A stretch of 64,000 nucleotides of DNA, taken from contig CBDCXR010000004.1 in NCBI GenBank assembly GCA_965223845.1, forward strand, positions 4,672,001 through 4,736,000, written 5' to 3'. The notes below the pieces were generated by a model. That model saw only the letters and a program-made list of their open reading frames with translations, was not told the origin of the DNA and ran no database searches. Of the stretch, positions 55,443-64,000 are shown in pieces (position 1 is the stretch's first letter; every line of letters starts with the position of its first letter). The translations under genes and the position numbers were made by a program. The DNA comes from Planctomycetota bacterium. Its GTDB lineage: Bacteria > Planctomycetota > UBA8108 > SXIK01.

Positions 55443-56720
55443 TCACCCCACTCCTTCGGTCGTCGAGGGCGAATCGCGTCGCGCCGCGTGAACGCGACTC
55501 GATTCGCGCGCGCGGGCTGACTCGACCACCGAGTCGTAAACGTGCGCGTACGACTTCGCGATGGCGCTCGGCGCGAAGGCCGCCGCACGCGCGCGGGCTT
55601 CGATCGCTACCTCGCGCCGCTTGGAGGGGTCGTCGAGGAGTTCCGTGAGCTGCGCTCCGAGAGCTCCCGGACGTCCGGGATCGAAGAAAAATCCCGTCCG
55701 ACCGTGCTCGACGATCTCCGGGAGTCCTCCGCTCCGGGCGGCGACGACCACTCGGCCCGCGCCCTGCGCTTCGGCCGCGACGCGAGAGAGCGGCTCGTCC
55801 CAGAGCGATGGCACGACAACGACGTCGATGTTCGGCCAAAACTCCGCCGGGTCCAGCTCGCCGACCAGAGCCGCACCACTCTCTTCGGCGAGACGCTCGA
55901 TGCGCCGGCGGTAGTCCTCCGTGCCCGTCCCCGCAATCGAGAGGGACATCCGGTGCCGCTCGGGATGATCGCGAAACTCTCGAAGGAGCAGCTCGACGCC
56001 TTTGTCTGCGTGCAGACGACCGAGGTAGCCGAGTCGAAGTGGCCCCCCGCACGCGTCCACGGACTCGAGCACGTCGACCGGGCGCACTCCGTTCACGATG
56101 ACGCTGGCGGGAGTGTCGCAGAAGCAACCGAACGTCCGGTGTCGCTCGAGGACGAAGCGACTGATGCTCGCGACGTGATCGACCGTTTCGGTTTCGCGCC
56201 GTCGCGGTGCCGACGCCCACCGGCACGTTCCACACACCGAGCGGCAGTCCTCGCTCTCGCCGCGCGCGCCTCGACGCCGCATCGTCGAACGCGGGCACAG
56301 GAGATAATAGTCCCGAAGCGTGTGAACGATCGGACATCCGCTCGCTCGTCCGGCACTCCAAATCGAAGCGGACAGACCGGCGAGATTGTTCGTATGGACG
56401 ATCTCCGGTCGAACCTCGCGGAGAATCTTCGCGACGTCCCGCGCCGCCGCCCCGTTCCAGCGATCCTTCGCGTGCCAGAGCCAGCGGAGCGCCGGCGATC
56501 GACTCCGCTCGCCGAACGGCCAGTAGAGATTCCGGAGTGGAAGGTAGCGCACTTCGACGCCACCGATCACCTCCGCGCGCGGTCGACGGATCGGCGCCAA
56601 GCAAACGACGACGATCTCGGCGCCGAGACGAACCAGCTCCTCAGCGAGAGAGCGCACGCTCCGCTCCGCGCCGCCGCGTTCAAACGGCGCGTAGAGATTG
56701 TTGACGATAACGATCCTCAC
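55443..56720 (-). CDS. GT4-family glycosyltransferase
   Basis: GTG start overlapping the upstream stop; GGAERSV, HTLRDY..CP, GRLHADKG, PSLWDEP, GGLPEIV. Confidence 0.9.
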   Translation of the reverse strand: MRIVIVNNLYAPFERGGAERSVRSLAEELVRLGAEIVVVCLAPIRRPRAEVIGGVEVRYLPLRNLYWPFGERSRSPALRWLWHAKDRWNGAAARDVAKILREVRPEIVHTNNLAGLSASIWSAGRASGCPIVHTLRDYYLLCPRSTMRRRGARGESEDCRSVCGTCRWASAPRRRETETVDHVASISRFVLERHRTFGCFCDTPASVIVNGVRPVDVLESVDACGGPLRLGYLGRLHADKGVELLLREFRDHPERHRMSLSIAGTGTEDYRRRIERLAEESGAALVGELDPAEFWPNIDVVVVPSLWDEPLSRVAAEAQGAGRVVVAARSGGLPEIVEHGRTGFFFDPGRPGALGAQLTELLDDPSKRREVAIEARARAAAFAPSAIAKSYAHVYDSVVESARARESSRVHAARRDSPSTTEGVG

Positions 56721-57880
56721 GCGCTGCCTCCGCTCGGCCGATCGGCCGGCCCCAGCTCCCCTGCGAGTCCGTCGGCGATCGCCGCACAGACGAGCCGGTA
56801 GCGACTCCACCTCCTGGACACCAGCGCGAACGCGCCGAGGAGGCTCATGAACAGCGCGCGATTCACCCGGTACGATCCGCGGCTCCGCGTCCAGCGGCGC
56901 GACTCGGTGTACACCTGATTCCGCACGGTGAAGAAGACCCGCTCGGCCGAGTCGGCGCGGAGCAGACGAGCGAAGAAGTTTCCGTGCGCGTGACCGACGT
57001 GCCATGAGGGCAGCGCATCATGCAGCCGGCTCGCCGGGGCGAGGAAGAGCCGCCCTCCGCTCGCGACGAAGCGACTCGTGAGCGCGACGTCGTCGCCGTA
57101 GAGGCAAAAGCGCGCGTCCGGCGCTCCGAGCCGAGCCAGCGTTCGCCGCGGAAGAAAGAGCCCGCCGTAGGGAGCGAACGGAATCGGAACGGGGTGAAAC
57201 TGCGCGCGACCGCTCGTTTGCGCGCGCGCGAACCGAGCCGCGCGAAAGACCTTCCGCGGAATCCGTGACCAATGAAAGCCGAGAAAGCTCGACGGCGGAG
57301 GAAACACCAGTCGAGAAGACTCGCCGGAGGCCACGCGGAGATGGTCCGTGCGCCCCGTGCGCACCGACGCGAGGATCCATGGATCCGAGTCCGAACCCGA
57401 GTCCCCCCCGATCGCTCGCGCGGATTGCGCGAGTGCGACGAGCGCGTCCGGCGAGGCGAGGTTGTCGTCGTCGAGGATCCAGACGTACTCCTCGTCGCTC
57501 GCGCGGCGCTTCTCGCGCGAAGCTGCGGCCGCGAGCGCGGCGCGAAAGCCGCGGGCCGCGTTCGCGCGCGCGCCGGCTGCACTCTCTAGTCGAAGCAGCG
57601 AGAAACTTCCGTTCGACTCCGCCGCGAACTCTTCGAGCGCTCGGCGCGAGCTCGACGTGAGCCCGTTGTCGACGACCGAGACCCGCGCAACTCCGCACGC
57701 GAACGCGGCCTCGGCCATCGCCCGCGTGAACGGAGCGCGATCCCCATAGGTGACGCTGAAGACGGCGACACCGCCCGGAAACGGGCCGTCGCGCCGAACG
57801 GCGGGCCCCGGGGACACCGTCTCGTCATTCGCTCCATCGGCGAAGGCGCGATCGGCAGGCGTGACGGCGAGAGTCCTCAT
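56717..57880 (-). CDS. GT2-family glycosyltransferase
   Basis: SVTYGDR, VVDNG, WILDDDN, PYGGLF, LYGDD. Confidence 0.85.
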   Translation of the reverse strand: MRTLAVTPADRAFADGANDETVSPGPAVRRDGPFPGGVAVFSVTYGDRAPFTRAMAEAAFACGVARVSVVDNGLTSSSRRALEEFAAESNGSFSLLRLESAAGARANAARGFRAALAAAASREKRRASDEEYVWILDDDNLASPDALVALAQSARAIGGDSGSDSDPWILASVRTGRTDHLRVASGESSRLVFPPPSSFLGFHWSRIPRKVFRAARFARAQTSGRAQFHPVPIPFAPYGGLFLPRRTLARLGAPDARFCLYGDDVALTSRFVASGGRLFLAPASRLHDALPSWHVGHAHGNFFARLLRADSAERVFFTVRNQVYTESRRWTRSRGSYRVNRALFMSLLGAFALVSRRWSRYRLVCAAIADGLAGELGPADRPSGGSA

Positions 57881-57973
57881 TTCGCGCAGTATACCGCAGC
57901 ATTCCGCCGAAAGACTGCGCGGGCCGGCCGCGGCGGAGTGCGCGCGCAGCCGAGCGACGGAGCCGATCCCGAA

Positions 57974-58849
57974 TCAGCGCAGCTCCTCTCGCGCGTTGCG
58001 GTACGCGTCGAGGTTCTCGGCCGCGTAGCTCGCGTAGTCGAATTCGATCTCCGAGGCGACGGTTTGAATCGTTCCCCACAGAGCTTCGCGGAGAAGCGAT
58101 ACCGCCTTCAGGATGCGGAGCGAGCGGAGATCTTCCTCGTCGACACTCCCGCGGTAGGCGCGAAGGAGCTCGGCTTCGGCATCGGCGTCCAGCCCGCAGT
58201 TTCCCGCGAGACCGGCGACGTCGAAGAGCGGGTGACCGACGCCGGCGTACTCCCAGTCGACGAGCTGGAGTCGGGCGCCGTCGTCCATCACGTTTGCCGG
58301 AAGGAGATCGTTGTGACACAGCGCCGGGCGATAGGGAACGAGGCGCGCTTCGAGCTCACTCGCGTCGTCGACCGCGCACTCGACGGCCGGCGAAACCGCG
58401 GCCCCGAGCCGGCGAGCATTTTCGAGGTACGTACGGACCGTCAAGAACGGCGAAAAAAAGAGCAGCTCTCCAGACACCGACCGCCAACCCTCGTGGAGCC
58501 GCCGGATGAGCTTCGCGACGCGTTCGAGCCGTTCCGGCTCGCGCGCGCAATCCGCAGTGAGCGCCGCTCCCGAGACGAACTCGCTCACGAGCACTCCGTC
58601 TTCGCGCCAGATCACCGCGGGCGCGACTCCGTTTCGGTGCGCGGCCGCCTGGCAGGCCGCCTCGCTCCGCCGGTCGATTCCGAGGTGCGGCAGATCCTCG
58701 CCGACGCGCGCGACGTAACGCCGCCCGGAGTCGCGCACGACGTAGTTTCGATTCGTCATTCCGCCCTCGAGTGGAACGAGCTCGATCTCGCCGTGCCAAC
58801 ACTCGAGTCGAGCGATGCGGTTCTCGCTCTGGCGTAGATCGAGGATCAC
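57974..58849 (-). CDS. Choline/ethanolamine kinase-family phosphotransferase
   Basis: LEGGMTNRNY, IDRRSE, CHNDLLPAN (Brenner motif), LVDWEYAG. Confidence 0.88.
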   Translation of the reverse strand: MILDLRQSENRIARLECWHGEIELVPLEGGMTNRNYVVRDSGRRYVARVGEDLPHLGIDRRSEAACQAAAHRNGVAPAVIWREDGVLVSEFVSGAALTADCAREPERLERVAKLIRRLHEGWRSVSGELLFFSPFLTVRTYLENARRLGAAVSPAVECAVDDASELEARLVPYRPALCHNDLLPANVMDDGARLQLVDWEYAGVGHPLFDVAGLAGNCGLDADAEAELLRAYRGSVDEEDLRSLRILKAVSLLREALWGTIQTVASEIEFDYASYAAENLDAYRNAREELR

Positions 58850-59188
58850 GAAGCTCTCCGGTCGCGAGGGGAACGGCTCGGCGGCGATCGACGGGGCAAA
58901 ATTCCGATCGGTTCTTCGATTGTACGGGCTGCCGCCATCGCACGCGTGCGCGAACGCCGTGCCATCGAGCGGATCGAGATCGCACTCGCCTCCGTCGCAT
59001 TCGACTCGCCCTGCGCGTATTGCGTCTCTCGGCCGGCGCAGAGAGAATGACGGACCGACAGACTCTTCTTTCGCTCGATGGAATCGTGAATCAGCACCCT
59101 CCGACGCGGTTGCGCCCCGTCCCTCCGCGTCGCGCGACGAGCTTCATGACCCATCCGGCTCCGATTTTCGCTCAGGACCTAATCGGCG

Positions 59189-60580
59189 ATGAAACTACAG
59201 TTCTTCGGCGCCGCGCGTACCGTGACCGGTTCTTGCCATCTCCTCGAGGTAGGCAAATCCCGCATCCTCCTCGACTGCGGGCTCTACCAAGGCCGGCGTA
59301 AGGAAGCGTTTCACCGCAACCGGAACTTCGCCTTCGATCCGTCGGCGATCGATGCTCTCGTCCTTTCCCACGCGCACATCGACCACAGCGGAAACATTCC
59401 GCACCTCGTCAAGTCCGGGTTCAAGGGGAAGATCTTCGCGACGACGGCGACGCACGACCTATGCGAGTGGATGCTTCGAGATTCGGCGTACATCCAGGAA
59501 AAGGATGTCGAGTACGTCAATCGAAAGCGAAGGAAGAAAGGGCAGTCTCCGTTCGAGCCGCTCTACACGAAGCGTGACGCGGAGCTCGCGCTCAAGCGGT
59601 TCATCGGGATCGAGTACGAGCGTCCGGTCGAAGTCGCTCCGGGTGTGACGCTCCGGCTCGAGGATGCCGGCCATATCCTCGGGAGCGCGTCCTGCCACCT
59701 CGACTGCGAAGAGCGCGACCGCAAGCTCCGCGTCGTGTTTACGGGCGACATCGGCGTCCGCGGCCGACCGATCCTCCGCGATCCGGTGCCGCCGACTAAA
59801 GCCGACTACCTCATCTGCGAGTCGACCTACGGCGACCGCCTTCACGAGCCCCCGGAGAAGCTGGCGAATCACCTTCTCGAAGTTTTCGAGCGCACCCGTG
59901 CTCGCGGCGGCCGAGTGCTCATTCCCGCCTTTAGCGTAGGCAGAACGCAGCACATCGTCTACGTGCTGAACGAGCTCTGGAACAGCGGAAAGCTACCGCC
60001 GATGCCCGTGTTCGTCGACAGCCCGCTCGCCTGTAACGCGACGGACGTGTTCCGCGACCATCCCGAGTGCTACGACGAAGAGGCGTTTTCGCGGTATCGC
60101 AATGACGACGACCTCTTCGGCTTCCACCGTCTCACTTACATCCGCGACGTCGAGGCATCGAAGGCTCTGAACGAGCTCCACGTTCCGTGCGTGATCATTT
60201 CCGCCTCCGGGATGTGCGAAGCCGGTCGCGTTCTTCATCATTTGAAGCGCGTCGCACCGGATCCGAAGAGCACGATTCTCGTCGTCGGGTACATGGCGCC
60301 CTTCACTCTCGGCCGGCGCATCGCCGACCGCGCGCCGCGCGTGAAACTGTTCGGCGACACGTATCCTCTCAAGGCGGAAGTCGTCTCGACGAGTGGTTTC
60401 AGCGGGCACGCGGACCGCGACGGCCTCCTCGACTACCTGGGTCACCTCGACCGACCGCCCCACCGAACCTTTCTCGTCCACGGCGAGCTCGAGCAGTCCG
60501 AGGCGTTCGCGGAGCACCTGCGGAAGCGCGAATTCCCGGCGGTGGACATCCCCGCCGAGCTCGCGCGATTCGATCTCTGA
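59189..60580 (+). CDS. Metallo-beta-lactamase / beta-CASP ribonuclease
   Basis: GAARTVTGSCH, SHAHIDHSG, DAGHILGS, ESTYGDR, PAFSVGRTQ, FSGHAD, LVHGE. Confidence 0.93.
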   Translation: MKLQFFGAARTVTGSCHLLEVGKSRILLDCGLYQGRRKEAFHRNRNFAFDPSAIDALVLSHAHIDHSGNIPHLVKSGFKGKIFATTATHDLCEWMLRDSAYIQEKDVEYVNRKRRKKGQSPFEPLYTKRDAELALKRFIGIEYERPVEVAPGVTLRLEDAGHILGSASCHLDCEERDRKLRVVFTGDIGVRGRPILRDPVPPTKADYLICESTYGDRLHEPPEKLANHLLEVFERTRARGGRVLIPAFSVGRTQHIVYVLNELWNSGKLPPMPVFVDSPLACNATDVFRDHPECYDEEAFSRYRNDDDLFGFHRLTYIRDVEASKALNELHVPCVIISASGMCEAGRVLHHLKRVAPDPKSTILVVGYMAPFTLGRRIADRAPRVKLFGDTYPLKAEVVSTSGFSGHADRDGLLDYLGHLDRPPHRTFLVHGELEQSEAFAEHLRKREFPAVDIPAELARFDL

Positions 60581-61011
60581 GGATTCGGGCGCTCCGGCGG
60601 CTCGAGATCAGCCAGAGCGCACGACTCGCGACCGAGCCCGGATCGAGCCGCCTCCGCAAAGATCGAGTTCGGCCGAGAATGGTTCTCACGGACGACGTCC
60701 CGGTCGCCAATCTTCGGCGATTCCTCGGGTATCGCGGGCGAATCGCTCCCCACTCCCGTCCGAGTACTTCGCTTTCGCTTCGAGCCCTTTCTTGCGCCGG
60801 TATTCGGCGCCTGAAACGCCGCCGCGGCGCCGCCCGTCTTCTTATCGATGATCGGACGCGCATTCCCGCACACGCTTGCCCTCGCCATCGGCGCGTGTAG
60901 ACTGCCGGTACTCGTTCCTCGATCGAGTCGCGCTTTCGTCTCCCGCGTGAGATGCCAGGATCGATCGACACGAACTCATTCAGCTCGACCCTTCGGATTC
61001 GCGGTTCGAAC

Positions 61012-62040
61012 GTGGGACCGTTTTTCGCAATTCTCCGCAACACAGTGCTCGAGACGGTGCGTCAGCCCGTCTACGGGCTCGTCGTCGCCGTCACCGTCTG
61101 CGTCATCGCGCTCACTCCGGCGACGGCCGCGCAGATCTACTCCTTCCGCGTCGCGAGCGGACTCGATCGCGCGGCGGAGCGCATGATTGCGGATCTCGGC
61201 CTCGCGTCGCTTCTCCTCGCCGGCCTTCTCCTTTCGATCTTCGCCTCGACATCCGTCATCAGCCGCGAGATCGACGAACGCACCGCGGGGACGGTCCTCT
61301 CGAAGAACATCCGGCGACCCACATTCGTCGTCGCGAAGTTCTGCGGCGTCGCGCTCAGTATCGTCGCGGCGACGGCGACCGGCATGCTCGTCCTCCTCTT
61401 GACCCTCCGCCGGGGCGAAGCCCTGGTTCCGACCGAGCTCACCGACGTCCGTCTCGCCGCCGCGCTTCTGGTCGCGGTCGGCGGGGCGATCGCCTTCGCG
61501 ACGTGGCGGAACTACCGCTCGGGACGAAGCTGGATCGGCTCGTGCACGCTCGCGGGAATGGTCGCACTCGCCGTCACGTTCGGGGTGTTTTCGCTTTTCG
61601 ATGAGGCCGGTCGGCTCATCTTCTCGCCGGAGTCCACCGGAGTTGCCGGAACGTTCAACGACCCGGATGTCCTCGTCGCCGGACTCCTCACGCTCGAAGC
61701 CATCCTGGTGATGACGGGCGTGTCCGTCGCCGCGAGCACACGCCTCGGCACGGTGGGAAACGCTGCACTCACGGGCGCCGTCTTCGCCTCCGGTTTGACG
61801 AGCGAGTTTTTCTTCGGCTCGCTCCGCACGAGTGGCGAGACCGCAGTCGGTCGATGGTTCGCCGAAGCGATGTACACGGCGGTCCCGAGCCTCGAGCGAT
61901 TCTGGGTGAGCGACGCGCTCCTCCGGGAGATCCCTCTCCCGGCGAGCTACGTCGCCGCGACGTCGGCGTACGCCGCCTGCTACCTCGGGGCGATGCTGCT
62001 CCTCGGAGGAGTCCTGATGGAGAAGCGCGATGTCCCTTGA
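61012..62040 (+). CDS. ABC-2-type transporter permease
   Basis: ILRNTVLETVRQP, ISREIDERTAGTVLSK, FVVAKFCG; multiple TM segments; start uncertain (GTG 61012). Confidence 0.82.
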   Translation: MGPFFAILRNTVLETVRQPVYGLVVAVTVCVIALTPATAAQIYSFRVASGLDRAAERMIADLGLASLLLAGLLLSIFASTSVISREIDERTAGTVLSKNIRRPTFVVAKFCGVALSIVAATATGMLVLLLTLRRGEALVPTELTDVRLAAALLVAVGGAIAFATWRNYRSGRSWIGSCTLAGMVALAVTFGVFSLFDEAGRLIFSPESTGVAGTFNDPDVLVAGLLTLEAILVMTGVSVAASTRLGTVGNAALTGAVFASGLTSEFFFGSLRTSGETAVGRWFAEAMYTAVPSLERFWVSDALLREIPLPASYVAATSAYAACYLGAMLLLGGVLMEKRDVP

Positions 62041-63037
62041 ACCGATCCGCGATGCAAACGAGCTCGTCGTCGACGCGTCTCGGCTCACGAAGCACTTTCG
62101 GCACCCGTTCTTTCACTGGGTGACACGCGCCCGCGCTCTGACCGATCTCGACCTCGAGATTCACCGGGGAGAGGTCGTCGGTCTGCTCGGACCGAACGGC
62201 AGCGGAAAGAGTACGGCGATCAAGCTGATCCTCGGTCTCCTCTTCCCGACTTCCGGAAGCGTCCGCGTGTTCGGCCATCGACCGAATTCGCTCGCGGTGA
62301 AGCCGCGGCTCGGCTACCTCCCCGAAGACAGCTACCTCTACCGCTTCCTCTCTGCGCGGGAGACGCTCGACTTCTACGGACGACTCTTCGGCCTAGCTCG
62401 TTCGGAGAGACGGCGACGGACGGCGGCACTGATGGAGCTCGTCGGTCTCCAGCACACGAGCGACCGGCCCGTCGGAGAGTTTTCGAAGGGTATGCAGCGA
62501 CGGGTCTCTCTCGCGCAAGCGCTCATCAACGATCCCGAGTTCGTCATTTTCGACGAGCCGACGAGCGGCATGGATCCCATCGGAACCGCCGACATTAAAG
62601 ACCTCATCGGCGAGCTGAAGAGTCGCGGGAAGACGGTCTTGTTGTGTAGTCACGTTCTTTCGGAGGTCGAGGAGGTCTGCGACCGCGTCGTCATCCTCTA
62701 CGGAGGACGCGTCCAGCTCAGCGGGACACTCGACGCCGTCACTCGCCGCGAGTCGCTCACTCAGCTCGTCGCGGAGCTTCCGCCCGAGACCGTCACCGCG
62801 GTCCTCGAAACGATCCGCTCTCGTCACGGCGAAGCTCTCCCCGTCGACGTCTCCGCTCCGCGTGAGTCGCTCGAGCGCGTTTTCCTCCGCGTCGTCGAAG
62901 CTGCGCAAGATCGATCGCTTGAAACGAGCGGCGCAGAACGCTTCTCGCCACGCGGCCTCGATTTGCTCATCGAGCCAAAGGCCGAGCGCGCGCCGGCGCA
63001 AGACGTTGCCGCGGGACGGGAGGAGCTCGACTCGTGA
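62030..63037 (+). CDS. ABC transporter ATP-binding protein
   Basis: GPNGSGKST, FSKGMQRR, IFDEPTSGMDP, CSH. Confidence 0.93.
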   Translation: MSLEPIRDANELVVDASRLTKHFRHPFFHWVTRARALTDLDLEIHRGEVVGLLGPNGSGKSTAIKLILGLLFPTSGSVRVFGHRPNSLAVKPRLGYLPEDSYLYRFLSARETLDFYGRLFGLARSERRRRTAALMELVGLQHTSDRPVGEFSKGMQRRVSLAQALINDPEFVIFDEPTSGMDPIGTADIKDLIGELKSRGKTVLLCSHVLSEVEEVCDRVVILYGGRVQLSGTLDAVTRRESLTQLVAELPPETVTAVLETIRSRHGEALPVDVSAPRESLERVFLRVVEAAQDRSLETSGAERFSPRGLDLLIEPKAERAPAQDVAAGREELDS

Positions 63038-64000
63038 CCGCGCTCTGGGCCGTCGCTCGCCACACGATCCAGATGTCCATCCGCCGCTTCGTCGGTTTCG
63101 CGATCGCGGTCGTGCTCGTCGCAGTCGGCGCTCTGACGGCGTGGTTCTTGGAGGGCGACCAGACCCTCGTCGGCGACCTTCGGGTCGTGCTCGCCTGGGG
63201 ATTCCGTGCGATGAGCGCGTTCTCCATGCTCCTCATCGTCTTTCTCGCCTCCACCGTTCTCGACCGAGAGATCGTCGGACGTCAAATCACGCTCCTCGAC
63301 GTGAAGCCGATCTCCCGCTGGCAAGTGCTCCTCGGCAAATGGATCGGACTCGCGATCCTCTCTCTCGTGCTGACGCTACTCTTCGGCGGAGTGAGCTACG
63401 CGAGCCTCCGTTGGGTCGAGTACCGCTGGGCCGAGTCCGCCGGCGACGAAACGGAACGCTCCGCCGGTGCCGCGATCGCGGAGCGAGAGTTCTTCTCCTC
63501 ACGTCGCTCGTACGTTCCCGAGGTCGTCGTCACGGAGAGCGATATCGACGGCTGGATCGACCGCATGCGCGCCGAGCCGGAGCTGCGTGCGCTCTCGACC
63601 GATCCGGCCGCGCGTGCGGCGATTGCGACCTGGCTCCGCTCCCATCCCCTCCCGATCCCGTACGCGGCGGCGACCCGATTCGTCGCTCGAGGTCTCCCCG
63701 CTCTGGGCTCGCTCGCTCCTCGCGCGGTCGTACGCCACCGGCTCTACGCCCGTAGCGAGCACGAATCGCTCGCGCGCGTGGCGCATCGCTGGAGCTTCGG
63801 GCCGCAGTCGAATGCTCGCCCGACGACAACGATCGACGCGGAGACGAACGCGGGAAGCGAAGCTGAGCTCGAGTTCCCGACGGATTCCGTCGGCGCGAGC
63901 GGCACGCTCTCGTTCGCACTCGAGAACCGAACCGGGGAAGACGGCGACGAGATTCCCTCGCGCCTCTTCGTCTCGAGCACGGCGGAACTCGAAGTCCTCG
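63034..64000 (+). CDS. ABC-2-type transporter permease with large extracytoplasmic domain (3' end outside window; absent from the ORF track)
   Basis: GTGA overlap with the ATPase stop; translates VTALWAVARHTIQMSIRR...LDREIVGRQITLLDVKPISRWQVLLGKWIG; open to window end. Confidence 0.85.
   Translation, partial: MTALWAVARHTIQMSIRRFVGFAIAVVLVAVGALTAWFLEGDQTLVGDLRVVLAWGFRAMSAFSMLLIVFLASTVLDREIVGRQITLLDVKPISRWQVLLGKWIGLAILSLVLTLLFGGVSYASLRWVEYRWAESAGDETERSAGAAIAEREFFSSRRSYVPEVVVTESDIDGWIDRMRAEPELRALSTDPAARAAIATWLRSHPLPIPYAAATRFVARGLPALGSLAPRAVVRHRLYARSEHESLARVAHRWSFGPQSNARPTTTIDAETNAGSEAELEFPTDSVGASGTLSFALENRTGEDGDEIPSRLFVSSTAELEVL

Noticed and set aside
60442-60888. 148-aa minus-strand ORF and a 10-bp inverted repeat (60596-60605/60643-60652) in the gap after the beta-CASP gene
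   Set aside because: The ORF overlaps the nuclease 3' end and lacks motifs; the repeat has a long loop and no second copy
1-64000. CRISPR arrays, tRNA/rRNA, IS elements, known riboswitches
   Set aside because: No regularly spaced repeats, cloverleaf or T-loop context, transposase motifs or riboswitch consensus recognised in the intergenic gaps by eye; an Infernal/tRNAscan run would be needed to exclude them

Overview
GC-rich (roughly two-thirds GC by eye), gene-dense chromosomal window. It is most consistent with a Planctomycetota genome (inference from dockerin-like EF-hand domains on CotH/lamin-tail proteins, a sulfatase, secretin-like paralogues and a Kelch-SSS fusion). About 49 credible CDSs were found; no rRNA, tRNA, CRISPR array or mobile element was recognised. 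Ordinary content: manB, aroE, mog, amn, cstA, ccmC, DHH phosphoesterase, SDR, beta-CASP nuclease, a PsrA-like TetR + RND efflux operon with a visible operator, a wzm/wzt-methyltransferase-glycosyltransferase glycan locus and an ABC-2 operon. Best candidates for undescribed biology: (1) two coupled paralogues (21889-25850), each built from two tandem secretin-like modules, with no secretion or pilus genes nearby; (2) a small lipoprotein with a WGxxxWGxxxW motif beside a secreted fibre-like protein (33371-34556), possibly a surface fibre-display module; (3) a dockerin-tagged CotH protein with substituted catalytic residues (probable pseudokinase) near a paralogue with intact motifs; (4) an exported protein with an internal TM-RRRR-TM-GC lipobox-like segment. 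All family calls come from motif recognition by eye, without database searches.
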